Assembly (NCBI GenBank): GCA_902771095.1
Contig: CACXVH010000001.1
Span: forward strand, 12,197-76,196
From: an uncultured Pseudomonadota bacterium
Lineage (GTDB): Bacteria; Pseudomonadota; Alphaproteobacteria; Rs-D84
DNA length: 64,000 nucleotides
Reading direction: 5' to 3'
Both the position numbers and the translations under genes were made by a program. Position 1 is the stretch's first letter. Each line of letters opens with the position of its first letter. This document shows positions 48,523-58,535 of this stretch, one piece after another. The notes under the pieces are model-generated. The model was not told where the DNA came from and did not search any database. It was given only the letters and a program-made list of their open reading frames with translations.

Positions 48523-49824
48523 TTATTTTATTATTTTACCACGTAGGGATGCTTTGTTTGCGTCTGTGATTTTTATCTTTTGCAAAGGTGTAATTTCAGA
48601 TTCTGGCTTTTCAACGATGCATTGTTGCATATATGGTGTGCGGAATACCAAATTGCGACCGGTCTTATCTGGACCTTCGCATAAACAAATCATCTCTTTC
48701 CCGATACAAGACATATTAAATTCGCGTTGATTTTCATTTAATAAAGAGTCGAGTTGTTGCAGCCGAACAGATTTAATTTGTTCACTTATTTGGTTCGGCA
48801 TTAGTGCAGCTGCCGTATGCGGCCGGGGGGAGTATTTAAATGAATAAGAATTTATATACTGTATTTCACGTGCAATAGACAGTGTTTGTTCAAAATCTTC
48901 GTCCGTTTCATCTGGAAATCCCACAATAAAATCAGATGAAATTTGTGTGTCTGGTCTGGCGTTTTTTAATTTATTTACAATATCTTTATATGCGTTTATG
49001 TCGTCTGGTCTGTTCATTTTTTTCAATATGCGTGGAGAGCCACTTTGTATCGGCATATTTAAAAATGGTAATAATTTTGATTCCGTCTTGAACATTTCAA
49101 TCAAATCATCTGTCATTTCTGTCGGATAACTGGACGTAAAGCGTATACGGTGGATTTCGGGCAGTTTAGCAGTTTCGCGTATTAAATCAGAAAGCCGATA
49201 TAGTTTGCCATTTTTATCTGTATATTTATATCCGTTTACATTTTGACCTAAAAAACATATTTCAATCGCGCCTGTTTTTGCGGCGTTAATTGTGTCGCGT
49301 ATAACATCATCAAATGGGCGCGATAATTCACGGCCACGCGTATATGGGACAATACAATATGTACAACAATGATTACAACCTTCTTGGATTGGTATATATG
49401 CCACAATTGGTGATTTTGTCATTTGTGGTAATTCATCAAATTTTTCAAGACCAGACATGTCAATATTTAATAATTTTGTATCCGGATTTTTAATTATTTC
49501 TGGCAATTTATGATAACTTTGTGGACCCAAAACAAAATTTAGTTCAGGTATGCGTTTGAAAGCATCAGCCCCCGATTCGCGCGCGACACATCCAACAATG
49601 CCGAGCAGGGCAGATTCTTTTTTTGCGCGTCTTATGCGTCCCAATGCAGAATATACTTTATCGGTTGCCTTGGCGCGCACAGCACATGTATTAAGTATGA
49701 TTATATCGGCATCTGCGACATCATCTGTGTGTGCAAAACCGTGTTTTTCAAGCATGGCGGCGATACGTTCACCGTCATAAACATTCATTTGGCAACCAAA
49801 AGTTTGTATAAAAAATTTCTGCAT
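48523..49824 (-). CDS. miaB: tRNA-i6A37 methylthiotransferase MiaB
   Basis: 433 aa. N-terminal MTTase motif TFGCQMN. Radical-SAM CNHCCTYCIVP motif. TRAM domain at the C-terminus. Confidence 0.85.
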   Translation of the reverse strand: MQKFFIQTFGCQMNVYDGERIAAMLEKHGFAHTDDVADADIIILNTCAVRAKATDKVYSALGRIRRAKKESALLGIVGCVARESGADAFKRIPELNFVLGPQSYHKLPEIIKNPDTKLLNIDMSGLEKFDELPQMTKSPIVAYIPIQEGCNHCCTYCIVPYTRGRELSRPFDDVIRDTINAAKTGAIEICFLGQNVNGYKYTDKNGKLYRLSDLIRETAKLPEIHRIRFTSSYPTEMTDDLIEMFKTESKLLPFLNMPIQSGSPRILKKMNRPDDINAYKDIVNKLKNARPDTQISSDFIVGFPDETDEDFEQTLSIAREIQYINSYSFKYSPRPHTAAALMPNQISEQIKSVRLQQLDSLLNENQREFNMSCIGKEMICLCEGPDKTGRNLVFRTPYMQQCIVEKPESEITPLQKIKITDANKASLRGKIIK

Positions 49825-49827
49825 TTT

Positions 49828-49998
49828 TTATTTGTGCTTAGTGTTTTCGCGTCTGATGTTCAAAGCATATTGTTGTTTTTTCTGTTGAACTTTGTTGACC
49901 AGATTTTTGTTTAATTTTTCATTTTCTGGGACGATTTCAACGGTTCCATATTTTACACCTGTAATAGGGCAATTTTCAGTCATAACTACTATTTCCAT
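49828..49998 (-). CDS. Small hypothetical ORF (56 aa), not in the ORF track
   Basis: Translation MEIVVMTENCPITGVKYGTVEIVPENEKLNKNLVNKVQQKKQQYALNIRRENTKHK. It shares the N-terminus (M-x-IVV) and C-terminus (TKHK*) with the adjacent 115-aa ORF. Confidence 0.3.
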   Translation of the reverse strand: MEIVVMTENCPITGVKYGTVEIVPENEKLNKNLVNKVQQKKQQYALNIRRENTKHK

Positions 49999-50010
49999 TT
50001 TATATCCTTT

Positions 50011-50358
50011 TTATTTATGTTTTGTTCTATTAAAAATTTTTTGTTTATATATTTGTTTAATTTGTTTGTATTTTTCGTTTGCTTGTGTGTATGATTTTTT
50101 GCGTGTCCCTTGCACTTGCGGTTTATTTATGTGTATTGAATCGATTAATTTATCAACTTCGGATAAACTTTTTTCTACAAGTTGTTCTGCCATTTCTTCA
50201 ACAGTCATATTTTTTTCCATTGTTTGTGGTTGTATAACAACAGTTGCACGATGTATATTGTTTGTTGTCGCTATATGGTGTATACGGAGTATTTCTGCGA
50301 TTTCCTGATTTTGCTCTGATGACAAACCTGTCCCAACATAAACGACAATATTATCCAT
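50011..50358 (-). CDS. Hypothetical protein (115 aa)
   Basis: Sits 1 nt downstream of the gatB stop. MDNIVVYVGTG ... ends KIFNRTKHK. No recognised domain. Confidence 0.35.
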   Translation of the reverse strand: MDNIVVYVGTGLSSEQNQEIAEILRIHHIATTNNIHRATVVIQPQTMEKNMTVEEMAEQLVEKSLSEVDKLIDSIHINKPQVQGTRKKSYTQANEKYKQIKQIYKQKIFNRTKHK

Positions 50359-50359
50359 A

Positions 50360-51886
50360 TTAACCCAACTTTTGTTTTAATAAATTACTTACCATTGCTG
50401 GGTTTGCCTGACCATGTGTTGCTTTCATAACATTACCAACAAAAAAGCCCAGTAATCCAACCTTGCCCGATTTATATTGTTCAACCTGGGCTGGATTGTT
50501 TTTTATGACTTCATCCACAGCTGATTCGATAGCGTCAGTGTCAGTAATTTGCTTCATGCCGTATTTATCGGCGATTTCATGAATTGTGCCACGTTCGCCG
50601 TCCAGCATTTTGATAAATATTTCTTTGGCTTGTTTACCGTTGATTTCGTTTGCTGCAATCATATCAACCAATTCAGCGATGTTTTCAGGTGTAATAATAC
50701 GCGGCGCATCTGGGTCAGTGTTTTCCGTAATCTTATTTTCTGAATCCCAATTTTCAGGATGTGCAAATAATTCAGAAATCAACCAATTTGCAACCGGCTT
50801 TGCGCGTTCTTTTTTACCGTTAACCGCTGCATCATACCAATGCGAAATATCAGTTGTTTCGGTTAAACGCGTTGCGTCATATTCAGATAAACCATATTCG
50901 TTGATATATCTGGCGCGGGTCGCAGTTGGCAATTCTGGCATAGTTTTACGAATGCGTTCAATGTCTTCATCGGTAATTTCCAGTTCCAATAAATCAGGGT
51001 CCGGGAAATAACGGTAATCAAGTGCATCTTCCTTGCTTCGCATAACAGTTGTTATTCCTTCGTCTGGATGATAGCGCATAGTGTCTTGGGAAACCGAACC
51101 GCCATTTTCAAGAATTTCTACCTGACGTTTTGCTTCATATTCAATAGCAGATTTAATGAATTTAAACGAAACCATATTTTTTGTTTCTGTGCGTGTGCCG
51201 AAAGTTTTTGAACCAACTGGGCGCACAGATACATTAACATCGGCGCGCATAGAACCTTCTTCCATATTAGCCTTTGATACACCAAGGGCACGTGCGATTT
51301 CACGAATTTGACGCAGATATCTTTCTGCTTCATCTGGCGAAGATATATAAGAATTATTTTCAGGATTTTTTGTATCCAAGAAAGTGACGATTTCAAGTAG
51401 TGCGACACCTGTTCGGTTATAATCAGCAAAAGATTTTGTCGGGTGGGCATCATGTTTTAATTTGCCAGCATCTTGTTCAAGGTGTGCGCGTTCAATTAAA
51501 ATCTTTTTTGGATTACCATCATCACCCATAATTTCAATATATCCACGACCTACAACCGGTGGTTCTTCGGCGGGCTGACTAATCTGATATCCCTGGGGCA
51601 GGTCAGGGTAAAAATACTGTTTGCGGGCAAAACGGCTGTGTTTAGAGATTTCAGCATTTATCCCAAGACCGAATTTAATCGCCTGTTCAACACAGTATTT
51701 ATTTAATACTGGCAACATACCGGGCATAGCGACATCGACCATACAGGTCTGGGTATTTGGGGCGACAGTTGGATTATAATCAGCAGATGCGCCACTGAAA
51801 ATTTTGCTGTTGGATAAAACTTCTATATGGGTTTCAAGTCCAATAACTACTTCCCAATCTTGTGTTTTGCCTTTTATTGTAAACAT
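50360..51886 (-). CDS. gatB: Asp/Glu-tRNA(Asn/Gln) amidotransferase subunit B
   Basis: 508 aa from MFTIKGKTQDWEVVIGLETH. The track ORF's N-terminal 27 aa run across the tRNA-Phe gene and are spurious. GatB/GatE catalytic and YqeY-like tail domains are present. Confidence 0.9.
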   Translation of the reverse strand: MFTIKGKTQDWEVVIGLETHIEVLSNSKIFSGASADYNPTVAPNTQTCMVDVAMPGMLPVLNKYCVEQAIKFGLGINAEISKHSRFARKQYFYPDLPQGYQISQPAEEPPVVGRGYIEIMGDDGNPKKILIERAHLEQDAGKLKHDAHPTKSFADYNRTGVALLEIVTFLDTKNPENNSYISSPDEAERYLRQIREIARALGVSKANMEEGSMRADVNVSVRPVGSKTFGTRTETKNMVSFKFIKSAIEYEAKRQVEILENGGSVSQDTMRYHPDEGITTVMRSKEDALDYRYFPDPDLLELEITDEDIERIRKTMPELPTATRARYINEYGLSEYDATRLTETTDISHWYDAAVNGKKERAKPVANWLISELFAHPENWDSENKITENTDPDAPRIITPENIAELVDMIAANEINGKQAKEIFIKMLDGERGTIHEIADKYGMKQITDTDAIESAVDEVIKNNPAQVEQYKSGKVGLLGFFVGNVMKATHGQANPAMVSNLLKQKLG

Positions 51887-51930
51887 TTTTATTTTTCCTT
51901 GCTTTTTTGTTTTTCTTACTTTATTATGCC

Positions 51931-52006
51931 TTCTACGGATGGCTAGATAGCTCAGTTGGTAGAGCAAGGGACTGAAAATCCCTGTGTCAGTAGTTCGATT
52001 CTACTT
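51931..52006 (+). tRNA. tRNA-Phe (anticodon GAA), CCA encoded
   Basis: Hand-folded cloverleaf. Acceptor GGCTAGA/TCTAGCC. D-arm GCTC ... GAGC. Anticodon stem AGGGA/TCCCT with loop CTGAAAA (GAA). T-arm AGTAG-TTCGATT-CTACT. Followed by CCA. Confidence 0.9.
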
Positions 52007-52021
52007 CTAGCCACCATTTTT

Positions 52022-53491
52022 TTATTCCCCCAAAATTTTTGTTGGACGATTATCAATTGCTGCTGCGGTTTCAATGTGCTTTGCCAATTGTAATACACGC
52101 ATATCATCAAAGCGACGACCAACTACTTGCATTCCCAATGGCAACCCGTTGCTTGCCAATCCACATGGAACAGATACCGCAGGAACACCGGCCAAATTCA
52201 TTGCCACGGTGAACAAATCAAGCGCATAGTATTCCAGTGGTGTCAAATCTGAATCAAGCGGTAATGCAGTCGAAGCACCAGATGGGCAAACAATTAAATC
52301 GCAATTATCAAACGCGGATGCGAAACTATCTGAAATCATACGGCGAACACGTGCGGCCTGCATAAAATATACTTCGTACGATTCGCTTGATAACACGGCT
52401 GTTCCAATCAACATACGGCGTTGGACCTCTTCGCCAAAGCCGGCTGCACGTGTCTTTTTGTATGTGTCTTCCAGGTCAACACCTTCAACACGCAGACCGT
52501 ATCTCATACCATCATAACGTGCAAGGTTTGAAGATGCTTCTGCTGGGGCGATAATGTAATATGCCGCCAACGCATCCAAAATATTCGGAATAGAAACCTC
52601 TACAATTTCCGCACCCAGAGATTTTAAATCTGCGATTCGCTTTTCAAACAGTGTTTTCATATCGTCAGAGATTTGAACATTGTTGAATTCTTTGATTACG
52701 CCAATACGCAATTTTTTCCCATCACCTAAAATTGGTTTTAATTCAGAATCAAATTCAAATTTTGCGTTTGGTGTGCTGGTCGAATCTTTGGTGTCATGTC
52801 CCGCCATTACGGATAAGAGCAAGGCAGCATCATTCACCGTTCTTGCAATTGGCCCGGGGGTATCAAGACTGGAAGCAAAAGCAACACAACCCCATCTTGA
52901 ACATAAACCATATGTTGGTTTCATACCAACCAGACCGGTAATGGAACACGGAAAACGAATCGAGCCACCTGTATCTGTTCCGGTTGCACCCATCGCCAAA
53001 CCGCCTGCAACTGCGCTGGTTGAGCCACCAGATGAACCACCAGCGGTTAAATGTTTTTCAATTTGCCATGGGTTGACCGGTGCACCAAAATAAGATGTCT
53101 TGGAAAATGTTCCCATTGCAAATTCGTCCAAATTAGATTTACCCAATAACACCGTTCCTGCATCAATAAATTTTTGTGAAATAGTTGATTCGTATTCTGG
53201 AACAAAGTTTTCCAACATACGCGAAGCAGCAGTTGTACGAATACCCTTTGTCGCAAACAAATCTTTCATCGCAATTGGAATACCATCAAGTGTCCGTGCA
53301 GTTCCATTAGCGATTCTTTCATCCGCAGCTGCTGCGTCAGCCAAGGCGCGTTCCGGTGTGCGCGTAATATAACAATTTAATTTATCGCCATATTTTTCAA
53401 TGCGTGAAAGATATGCATGTGTTAATTCAGTTGCACTGATTTCACGAGATTTTAATTTCTTTAATGCTTCGACTATGGTCAGGTTTATCAT
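52022..53491 (-). CDS. gatA: Glutamyl-tRNA(Gln) amidotransferase subunit A
   Basis: 489 aa. Amidase signature region (GGSSGGSTSAVAGG) and Ser-cisSer-Lys triad context. Confidence 0.9.
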   Translation of the reverse strand: MINLTIVEALKKLKSREISATELTHAYLSRIEKYGDKLNCYITRTPERALADAAAADERIANGTARTLDGIPIAMKDLFATKGIRTTAASRMLENFVPEYESTISQKFIDAGTVLLGKSNLDEFAMGTFSKTSYFGAPVNPWQIEKHLTAGGSSGGSTSAVAGGLAMGATGTDTGGSIRFPCSITGLVGMKPTYGLCSRWGCVAFASSLDTPGPIARTVNDAALLLSVMAGHDTKDSTSTPNAKFEFDSELKPILGDGKKLRIGVIKEFNNVQISDDMKTLFEKRIADLKSLGAEIVEVSIPNILDALAAYYIIAPAEASSNLARYDGMRYGLRVEGVDLEDTYKKTRAAGFGEEVQRRMLIGTAVLSSESYEVYFMQAARVRRMISDSFASAFDNCDLIVCPSGASTALPLDSDLTPLEYYALDLFTVAMNLAGVPAVSVPCGLASNGLPLGMQVVGRRFDDMRVLQLAKHIETAAAIDNRPTKILGE

Positions 53492-53512
53492 ATTTTGTCC
53501 TATTTATTTGAT

Positions 53513-53788
53513 TTAAATTGCGCGGTTGTTTGACAATGCGTTTAAATATGCGTTTTTTATAACGTTTTCTAAAGATAAACGGTCGTTTAATTCAACCTGT
53601 GGCACAGTATCAACATGTTGACCGATAGAATAAGAAAATCTATCAACATAGGTCGAAATCGCGTAAATGTTCCCTTTGTCAGTACGATATTCTTCAAGTT
53701 GATAAGTCGCGTTTTGTCTTGAACATGGATTAAACCGTGCATCTAATGAAGTATAATATAATCTTTGAGTAATAGTATGTCGTGTCAT
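53513..53788 (-). CDS. Hypothetical protein (91 aa) inserted between gatC and gatA
   Basis: ORF with no recognisable motif, in the 22-nt and 21-nt gaps between the gat genes. Confidence 0.3.
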   Translation of the reverse strand: MTRHTITQRLYYTSLDARFNPCSRQNATYQLEEYRTDKGNIYAISTYVDRFSYSIGQHVDTVPQVELNDRLSLENVIKNAYLNALSNNRAI

Positions 53789-53810
53789 AATTATTCCTTT
53801 TATTGTTTTT

Positions 53811-54107
53811 TTAATCTCCGTCCATAACCTTTGGTACTGCGAAATATCCGCGGGATACCCCTGTTTTATCGGGATCGTTTGCCAATATTTTATCGCGCAT
53901 ATTGGGTTCTGTTACAATATCTTCACGAAGAGGTAATTTGTGTTCAGCCGGGGATAACATTGGTTTAACACCCGTTGTATCAATTTTCTGTAATTTATCC
54001 AGCCATTCGATTACGCTGTCGATATTCATCTTTTCTAATTTTTCATCAGATATTTCAATTTTTATTAAATTTGCAAATTTATGTAATTGTTGCTTGCTAA
54101 ATGCCAT
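53811..54107 (-). CDS. gatC: Glutamyl-tRNA(Gln) amidotransferase subunit C
   Basis: 98 aa. Typical GatC size and motif pattern (KFANLIKIEISDEKLE ... DTTGVKP). Confidence 0.8.
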   Translation of the reverse strand: MAFSKQQLHKFANLIKIEISDEKLEKMNIDSVIEWLDKLQKIDTTGVKPMLSPAEHKLPLREDIVTEPNMRDKILANDPDKTGVSRGYFAVPKVMDGD

Positions 54108-54145
54108 TTTGAATCCTATTATTTAAAGCCAAGGGGTATTATACA

Positions 54146-54592
54146 ATGATTTTATCTGATTACAAGGATTTTCCGCGCAATGGGCGCATAATTGGTCTGG
54201 ATTGGGGACTGCGCAGATGCGGGGTTGCCATATCAGACGAAAATCGCGGTTTTGTCTTTGTTAGACCCCAAATAACTGTTAAAACCCAAAATGAATTAAT
54301 TCAAAAAGTTGTAGGTATAATTTCAACTGATAAAGTGTCTGGAATCGTATTGGGGTTACCTTTGCATGCGGATGGGACAGATTCTGATACAACAAAAATG
54401 GTGCGTGAATTTGCAAATTGTTTGTCTGAAAAGACAGATTTACCAATAATTTTTATCGAAGAAAATTTGACCAGCGCCGCCGCCCAAGAAGAAATAGGGC
54501 GCAAAAGCATACCTAAGATAAAACAAGAATTAGATTCTGTGTCTGCCAAAATAATTCTGGAAAACGCAATCGCTTTGTTAAAAAGGATTTAA
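54146..54592 (+). CDS. ruvX: Putative pre-16S rRNA nuclease YqgF/RuvX
   Basis: 148 aa. RNase H-like N-terminus IGLDWGLRRCGVAISD and conserved acidic residues. Confidence 0.85.
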   Translation: MILSDYKDFPRNGRIIGLDWGLRRCGVAISDENRGFVFVRPQITVKTQNELIQKVVGIISTDKVSGIVLGLPLHADGTDSDTTKMVREFANCLSEKTDLPIIFIEENLTSAAAQEEIGRKSIPKIKQELDSVSAKIILENAIALLKRI

Positions 54593-55635
54593 TCTGGCTG
54601 TGTTTCGTCTGGAATTTTTCCGTCTGTGGAAAGTAATGTCGCAATCCATCGTGTTGATTCGAATTGTGCTGTTGTGATATAAACAGCTGCCAAAATCGGA
54701 ACACTGAAAAACATACCTGCTGGTCCCCAAATCATTCCACAAAATACCAAGTTTATCAATATAGCCAGTGTTGATATATTTAATGTCTTTCCTGTTAATT
54801 TTGGGTCAATTATATTTCCAAAAACAATTTCTAGGGTAATCAAAGAAATGGCTGTAAATAAGGGCAGGTGCCATGTGTCACCACTTATCAATGCAAAAGC
54901 GATTGGTAATGCACACGACAATATAGAGCCAATGGTTGGTATATAGTTAAGAATAAATATTATAAATGCCCAGACACTGGCATATTCCAAACCAATTATT
55001 CTTAGTAATATATAAGCGCATAAACCAGTTGCAGCAGAAATAAATGTCTTGGTAAACAAATATTTTTTCATATTTTCATCAATGCTGTTCAATATATAAC
55101 GCAATTTTTTCGCCTTGATTTTTGACAATGGCATAGCATCAATTTTTTTGTTAAAAGAACTTTGTTCTATGAACATAAATATCAAATATATCAAAACCAT
55201 ACCAACAGATGTTGCGATGCCCGCCAAAGAAGAGCCGATATATCCAGCAATCTGGGGTAAATTCGGCACCAAATTCATATCTATTTTTATCCCTGTTTTA
55301 TCAGATAAATAATCAGAAAAAATAAACAACTTTTGTTGTAATACAGGTGTAGAATTGTATAGTTCAACCAACATTGGTTCGATTTGTGTTGCAAATAAAT
55401 ATATAATTCCACTGACTGTGGCAAAAGATAATATGCCAGATGTTATGTTGTATAATTTTGTTGGAACCTTGCATGAGCCAGTTGATGTTTTATAACATGG
55501 CATAATCTTTCTGTAATATGCAGCGATTGCATTTAACAAATACCATAAAAATGTTGCGAACAATAATGGAATAAATAAAGAACGACCAATCCACAAGAAA
55601 AATATTAAAGCAATGAAAAATACAAGGTTATTCAT
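54589..55635 (-). CDS. AI-2E family transporter (PerM/YhhT-like)
   Basis: 348 aa. About 8 TM helices. Conserved AI-2E pattern near the C-terminus (FSVPILAAV). Confidence 0.65.
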   Translation of the reverse strand: MNNLVFFIALIFFLWIGRSLFIPLLFATFLWYLLNAIAAYYRKIMPCYKTSTGSCKVPTKLYNITSGILSFATVSGIIYLFATQIEPMLVELYNSTPVLQQKLFIFSDYLSDKTGIKIDMNLVPNLPQIAGYIGSSLAGIATSVGMVLIYLIFMFIEQSSFNKKIDAMPLSKIKAKKLRYILNSIDENMKKYLFTKTFISAATGLCAYILLRIIGLEYASVWAFIIFILNYIPTIGSILSCALPIAFALISGDTWHLPLFTAISLITLEIVFGNIIDPKLTGKTLNISTLAILINLVFCGMIWGPAGMFFSVPILAAVYITTAQFESTRWIATLLSTDGKIPDETQPD

Positions 55636-55651
55636 ATTTTATTCCTTAATG

Positions 55652-56488
55652 TTATATGTATTGTATTATAACTGCCAATAATATGGCAAGGTTTATACCA
55701 ACAGCGGTTAAAGCATATCCTTTGTTAATATTCTTAACAAAATCTGATTTATGTTTCGTGTACCACAATGCATAAATAACCAGTGATATAATCGCCAGAA
55801 TCAAAGTTGCTGATCCAGCAATTAAACTTTTGAAAAATATTAACAGTAAAAATGCGAATAATGTATTGCCAAAATTAGACAACACCCATTTATTCAATTT
55901 TGAATACCATTGTGATTTGATTTCCAGTGCTGATTTTATCTCTTTATCTTTGATTAAATAACCCGGGGTCCACATCAATAAAAATGCAAAAGGCATGGAT
56001 AAAATAACCTTCCATGGGGATACACCCAATGTAACCACGCGTTTGTATTTTGCGTAAATTCCAGATAGGGCAACCCCAATTAAATACAAAGATGTCAACA
56101 TTACAAGCGATAACAAAGTATAAAATGTTGTCGGATGAGATATATACAACATCAGTATATCGCGTTGAATATTTGCCCCATAGCCACCTATGGTTAAAAC
56201 AGCAATAAAGGATGCAATAATTGAAATAAGTCCGGCACCATTTGTTATTGCGACGAAATCACTTTGATTCATTTTATCGCGTGGTAATTTTTGTATCGTA
56301 TAACACGCAGGCAAAATAAATGTTAATGCCAATAAAATATAAAGTGGTGTGATACTTTCAAAGTTAAATACACTTTGTATCACTGAATATCCAAAACCAA
56401 GTATTAACCCCAATATCAAAAACCAGAGTGTGAACATAAGTGGTTTGGTTAATAACCATGATTTCAAAGGTGTTTTTTCTATTTGCAT
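55652..56488 (-). CDS. Hypothetical polytopic membrane protein
   Basis: 278 aa, about 8 TM helices, no motif recognised. Confidence 0.4.
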   Translation of the reverse strand: MQIEKTPLKSWLLTKPLMFTLWFLILGLILGFGYSVIQSVFNFESITPLYILLALTFILPACYTIQKLPRDKMNQSDFVAITNGAGLISIIASFIAVLTIGGYGANIQRDILMLYISHPTTFYTLLSLVMLTSLYLIGVALSGIYAKYKRVVTLGVSPWKVILSMPFAFLLMWTPGYLIKDKEIKSALEIKSQWYSKLNKWVLSNFGNTLFAFLLLIFFKSLIAGSATLILAIISLVIYALWYTKHKSDFVKNINKGYALTAVGINLAILLAVIIQYI

Positions 56489-56513
56489 GATTTATCCTTT
56501 TTTATTGTCTTTG

Positions 56514-57191
56514 TTATTGTATCACAATTTTCCCGTCTGATAAAGTAGTTGTTTCGGTTATTTTTATAGACGATGAAAAATTATCTTGGTGTGATATGAA
56601 TAAAAATGTCGTTTTTTTCATTTTGTTTATTGTGTCAATTATTTGTTTTTGAACATCTTTGTCTGCACCAGAATCTGGTTCATCAAGAATTGCCAGTTTT
56701 GGTTGTGTTAGTAATAATCTTAACAACATAATGCGTTTGCGTTCACCACCAGAAAAACCGACATTTACATAACGGTTTAACCATTGTTTTGGGATGTTTA
56801 ATTCTTCGCGTGCCATTTCTAATTTTTCCAAGAATTCGCCCATTGATAAATCTTTGCCTGTTTCAAAATGTTTGTGTGCCGCCATAGAATGTTTAAGGAA
56901 ACCAAGAACTGTTAATCCCGGAATTTCTGGAACATTTTGGGCGCCCAAAAAAATTCCCATCAGCGCACGTGTTGTTGCGTTTTCATGTGTTATATCTTTT
57001 TTGTTAAAAATTATTTTACCAGAATCGATAGTGTATGAAGAATCGCCTGCTATGGTATTGACCAATGTAGATTTTCCAGAACCGTTATGACCAGCCAATC
57101 GATGACGCGCACCATTTTTGATAATCATATTGATATCTTTTAACAAAGGTTTCCCGTCCATTGATACGCAAAGATTTTTTATTTCAAGCAT
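56514..57191 (-). CDS. sufC: Fe-S cluster assembly ATPase SufC
   Basis: 225 aa. ABC ATPase with Walker A GHNGSGKST, signature LSGGERKR, Walker B ILDEPDSG. Located downstream of sufB. Confidence 0.85.
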   Translation of the reverse strand: MLEIKNLCVSMDGKPLLKDINMIIKNGARHRLAGHNGSGKSTLVNTIAGDSSYTIDSGKIIFNKKDITHENATTRALMGIFLGAQNVPEIPGLTVLGFLKHSMAAHKHFETGKDLSMGEFLEKLEMAREELNIPKQWLNRYVNVGFSGGERKRIMLLRLLLTQPKLAILDEPDSGADKDVQKQIIDTINKMKKTTFLFISHQDNFSSSIKITETTTLSDGKIVIQ

Positions 57192-57194
57192 TTT

Positions 57195-58535
57195 TTATTC
57201 CTTTGTTAAAGCCATTTGTATTAATTGTTTTGATTCTACCAAGAATTCCATTGGTAATCTAGAAATTATTGGTGATGCATTTGCCCCGATAATAAGTGCA
57301 ATCGCTTCGTCTTCATCAATTCCGTTTTGCATAAGATAAAGCAGGGTGTTTTTATCAATTGCACCTGTTGTTGCCTCATGCGATTGTTCGTTTAGACCGT
57401 TTGAATGAATTATCGTTGGAATCGTGTTCGCAGTCGCGTTGTCGCCGATAATACGGCTGTCGCACTTAGAAGCATTTTTTCCATTTTTGCCGGAAAAAGA
57501 AACTGTGCTGCGGAAAGTTTGTCTGGAATAATCTGTTGCCACACCATATGAAACAATATTAGATTTTGTATTATCGCCAATATGAATCATTTTTGTCCCC
57601 GTGTCCGCTTGTTGTATTCCACGGGTAATAGACAGAGAATAAAAATCACTATGCGAATTATCGCCATACAAAATTGTTGATGGATATTTCCAAGTCATGC
57701 TAGAGCCAATTTCAATTTGTGTCCAATCAAGACCTGCATTTTTGAAACATTTTCCGCGTTTAGTGACAAAATTTAATATACCATTTTTTGTGTTTTTAAA
57801 ATTGCTGTGTACGGCAGAATCTCCCGTATACCAGTTTTGAACAGTTGAATATTTTACATATGCATTGTCATGAACAATTATTTCTACTACACCACTGTGT
57901 AATTGATGATTTGGACGGCGTGGGGCGCTGCATCCTTCCATATAAGAAAGTGTGGAACCTTTTTCCGCAATAATCAATGTTCGTTCAAATTGTCCAATTT
58001 TTGCGGTTTCAATTCTGAAATAACTGGCTAAATCTATGGGGCATTTTGTGTCGCGCGGAATATAAACAAAAGTTCCATCTGAAAATACGGCTGCATTAAG
58101 CGCTGCAAAAAAATTATCGTTTGCCGGAACAACAGTCCCCAAATATTGTCTAACTAAATCTGGATATTTTTGCACTGCTTCGGATAACGGTAAAAATATT
58201 ATGCCTAATTTTTTTAATTCGTCAGTAAAAGATGTGTGAACAGATTTACTGTCGATAACTGTATCTGTTGCCATGCCAAGCAGGGCGCGTTGTTCAGATT
58301 CTGGTAACCCCATTTTTTCATAGGTCTTTTTCAAATCTGAATTATTAATTTTTTTCTTTTCGTTGTAATAATTCAATGAATCGTAATCGATTGGTTCGTA
58401 ATCAATTTCTGCCCAGTGTGGCTCTTGCATTTTTTTCCAAGTTTTGAATGCATTAAGTCGCCAATCTAGTAACCATTTTGGTTCGTTTCGTTGCGATGAA
58501 ATTTCGCGAATAAGTTTTTCGTTTAATTTTTTCAT
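57195..58535 (-). CDS. sufB: Fe-S cluster assembly protein SufB
   Basis: 446 aa. N-terminal NEPKWLLDWRL ... W ... M.EP.W ... IDY block matches SufB. C-terminal beta-helix region shared with SufB/SufD. Confidence 0.8.
   Translation of the reverse strand: MKKLNEKLIREISSQRNEPKWLLDWRLNAFKTWKKMQEPHWAEIDYEPIDYDSLNYYNEKKKINNSDLKKTYEKMGLPESEQRALLGMATDTVIDSKSVHTSFTDELKKLGIIFLPLSEAVQKYPDLVRQYLGTVVPANDNFFAALNAAVFSDGTFVYIPRDTKCPIDLASYFRIETAKIGQFERTLIIAEKGSTLSYMEGCSAPRRPNHQLHSGVVEIIVHDNAYVKYSTVQNWYTGDSAVHSNFKNTKNGILNFVTKRGKCFKNAGLDWTQIEIGSSMTWKYPSTILYGDNSHSDFYSLSITRGIQQADTGTKMIHIGDNTKSNIVSYGVATDYSRQTFRSTVSFSGKNGKNASKCDSRIIGDNATANTIPTIIHSNGLNEQSHEATTGAIDKNTLLYLMQNGIDEDEAIALIIGANASPIISRLPMEFLVESKQLIQMALTKE

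Noticed and set aside
51899-51927. Promoter-like TTGCTT-N17-TATTAT immediately upstream of tRNA-Phe.
   Set aside because: The -10 ends only 3 nt before the mature tRNA 5' end, too close for a normal transcription start. It is AT-rich sequence that also forms the gatB upstream region on the other strand. It was not called as a feature and is only mentioned in the gatCAB finding.
51887-51967. GatB ORF N-terminal 27 codons (MLYQLSYLAIRRRHNKV...).
   Set aside because: These codons are the reverse complement of the tRNA-Phe gene. The real GatB N-terminus is the conserved MFTIKGKTQDWEVVIGLETH.
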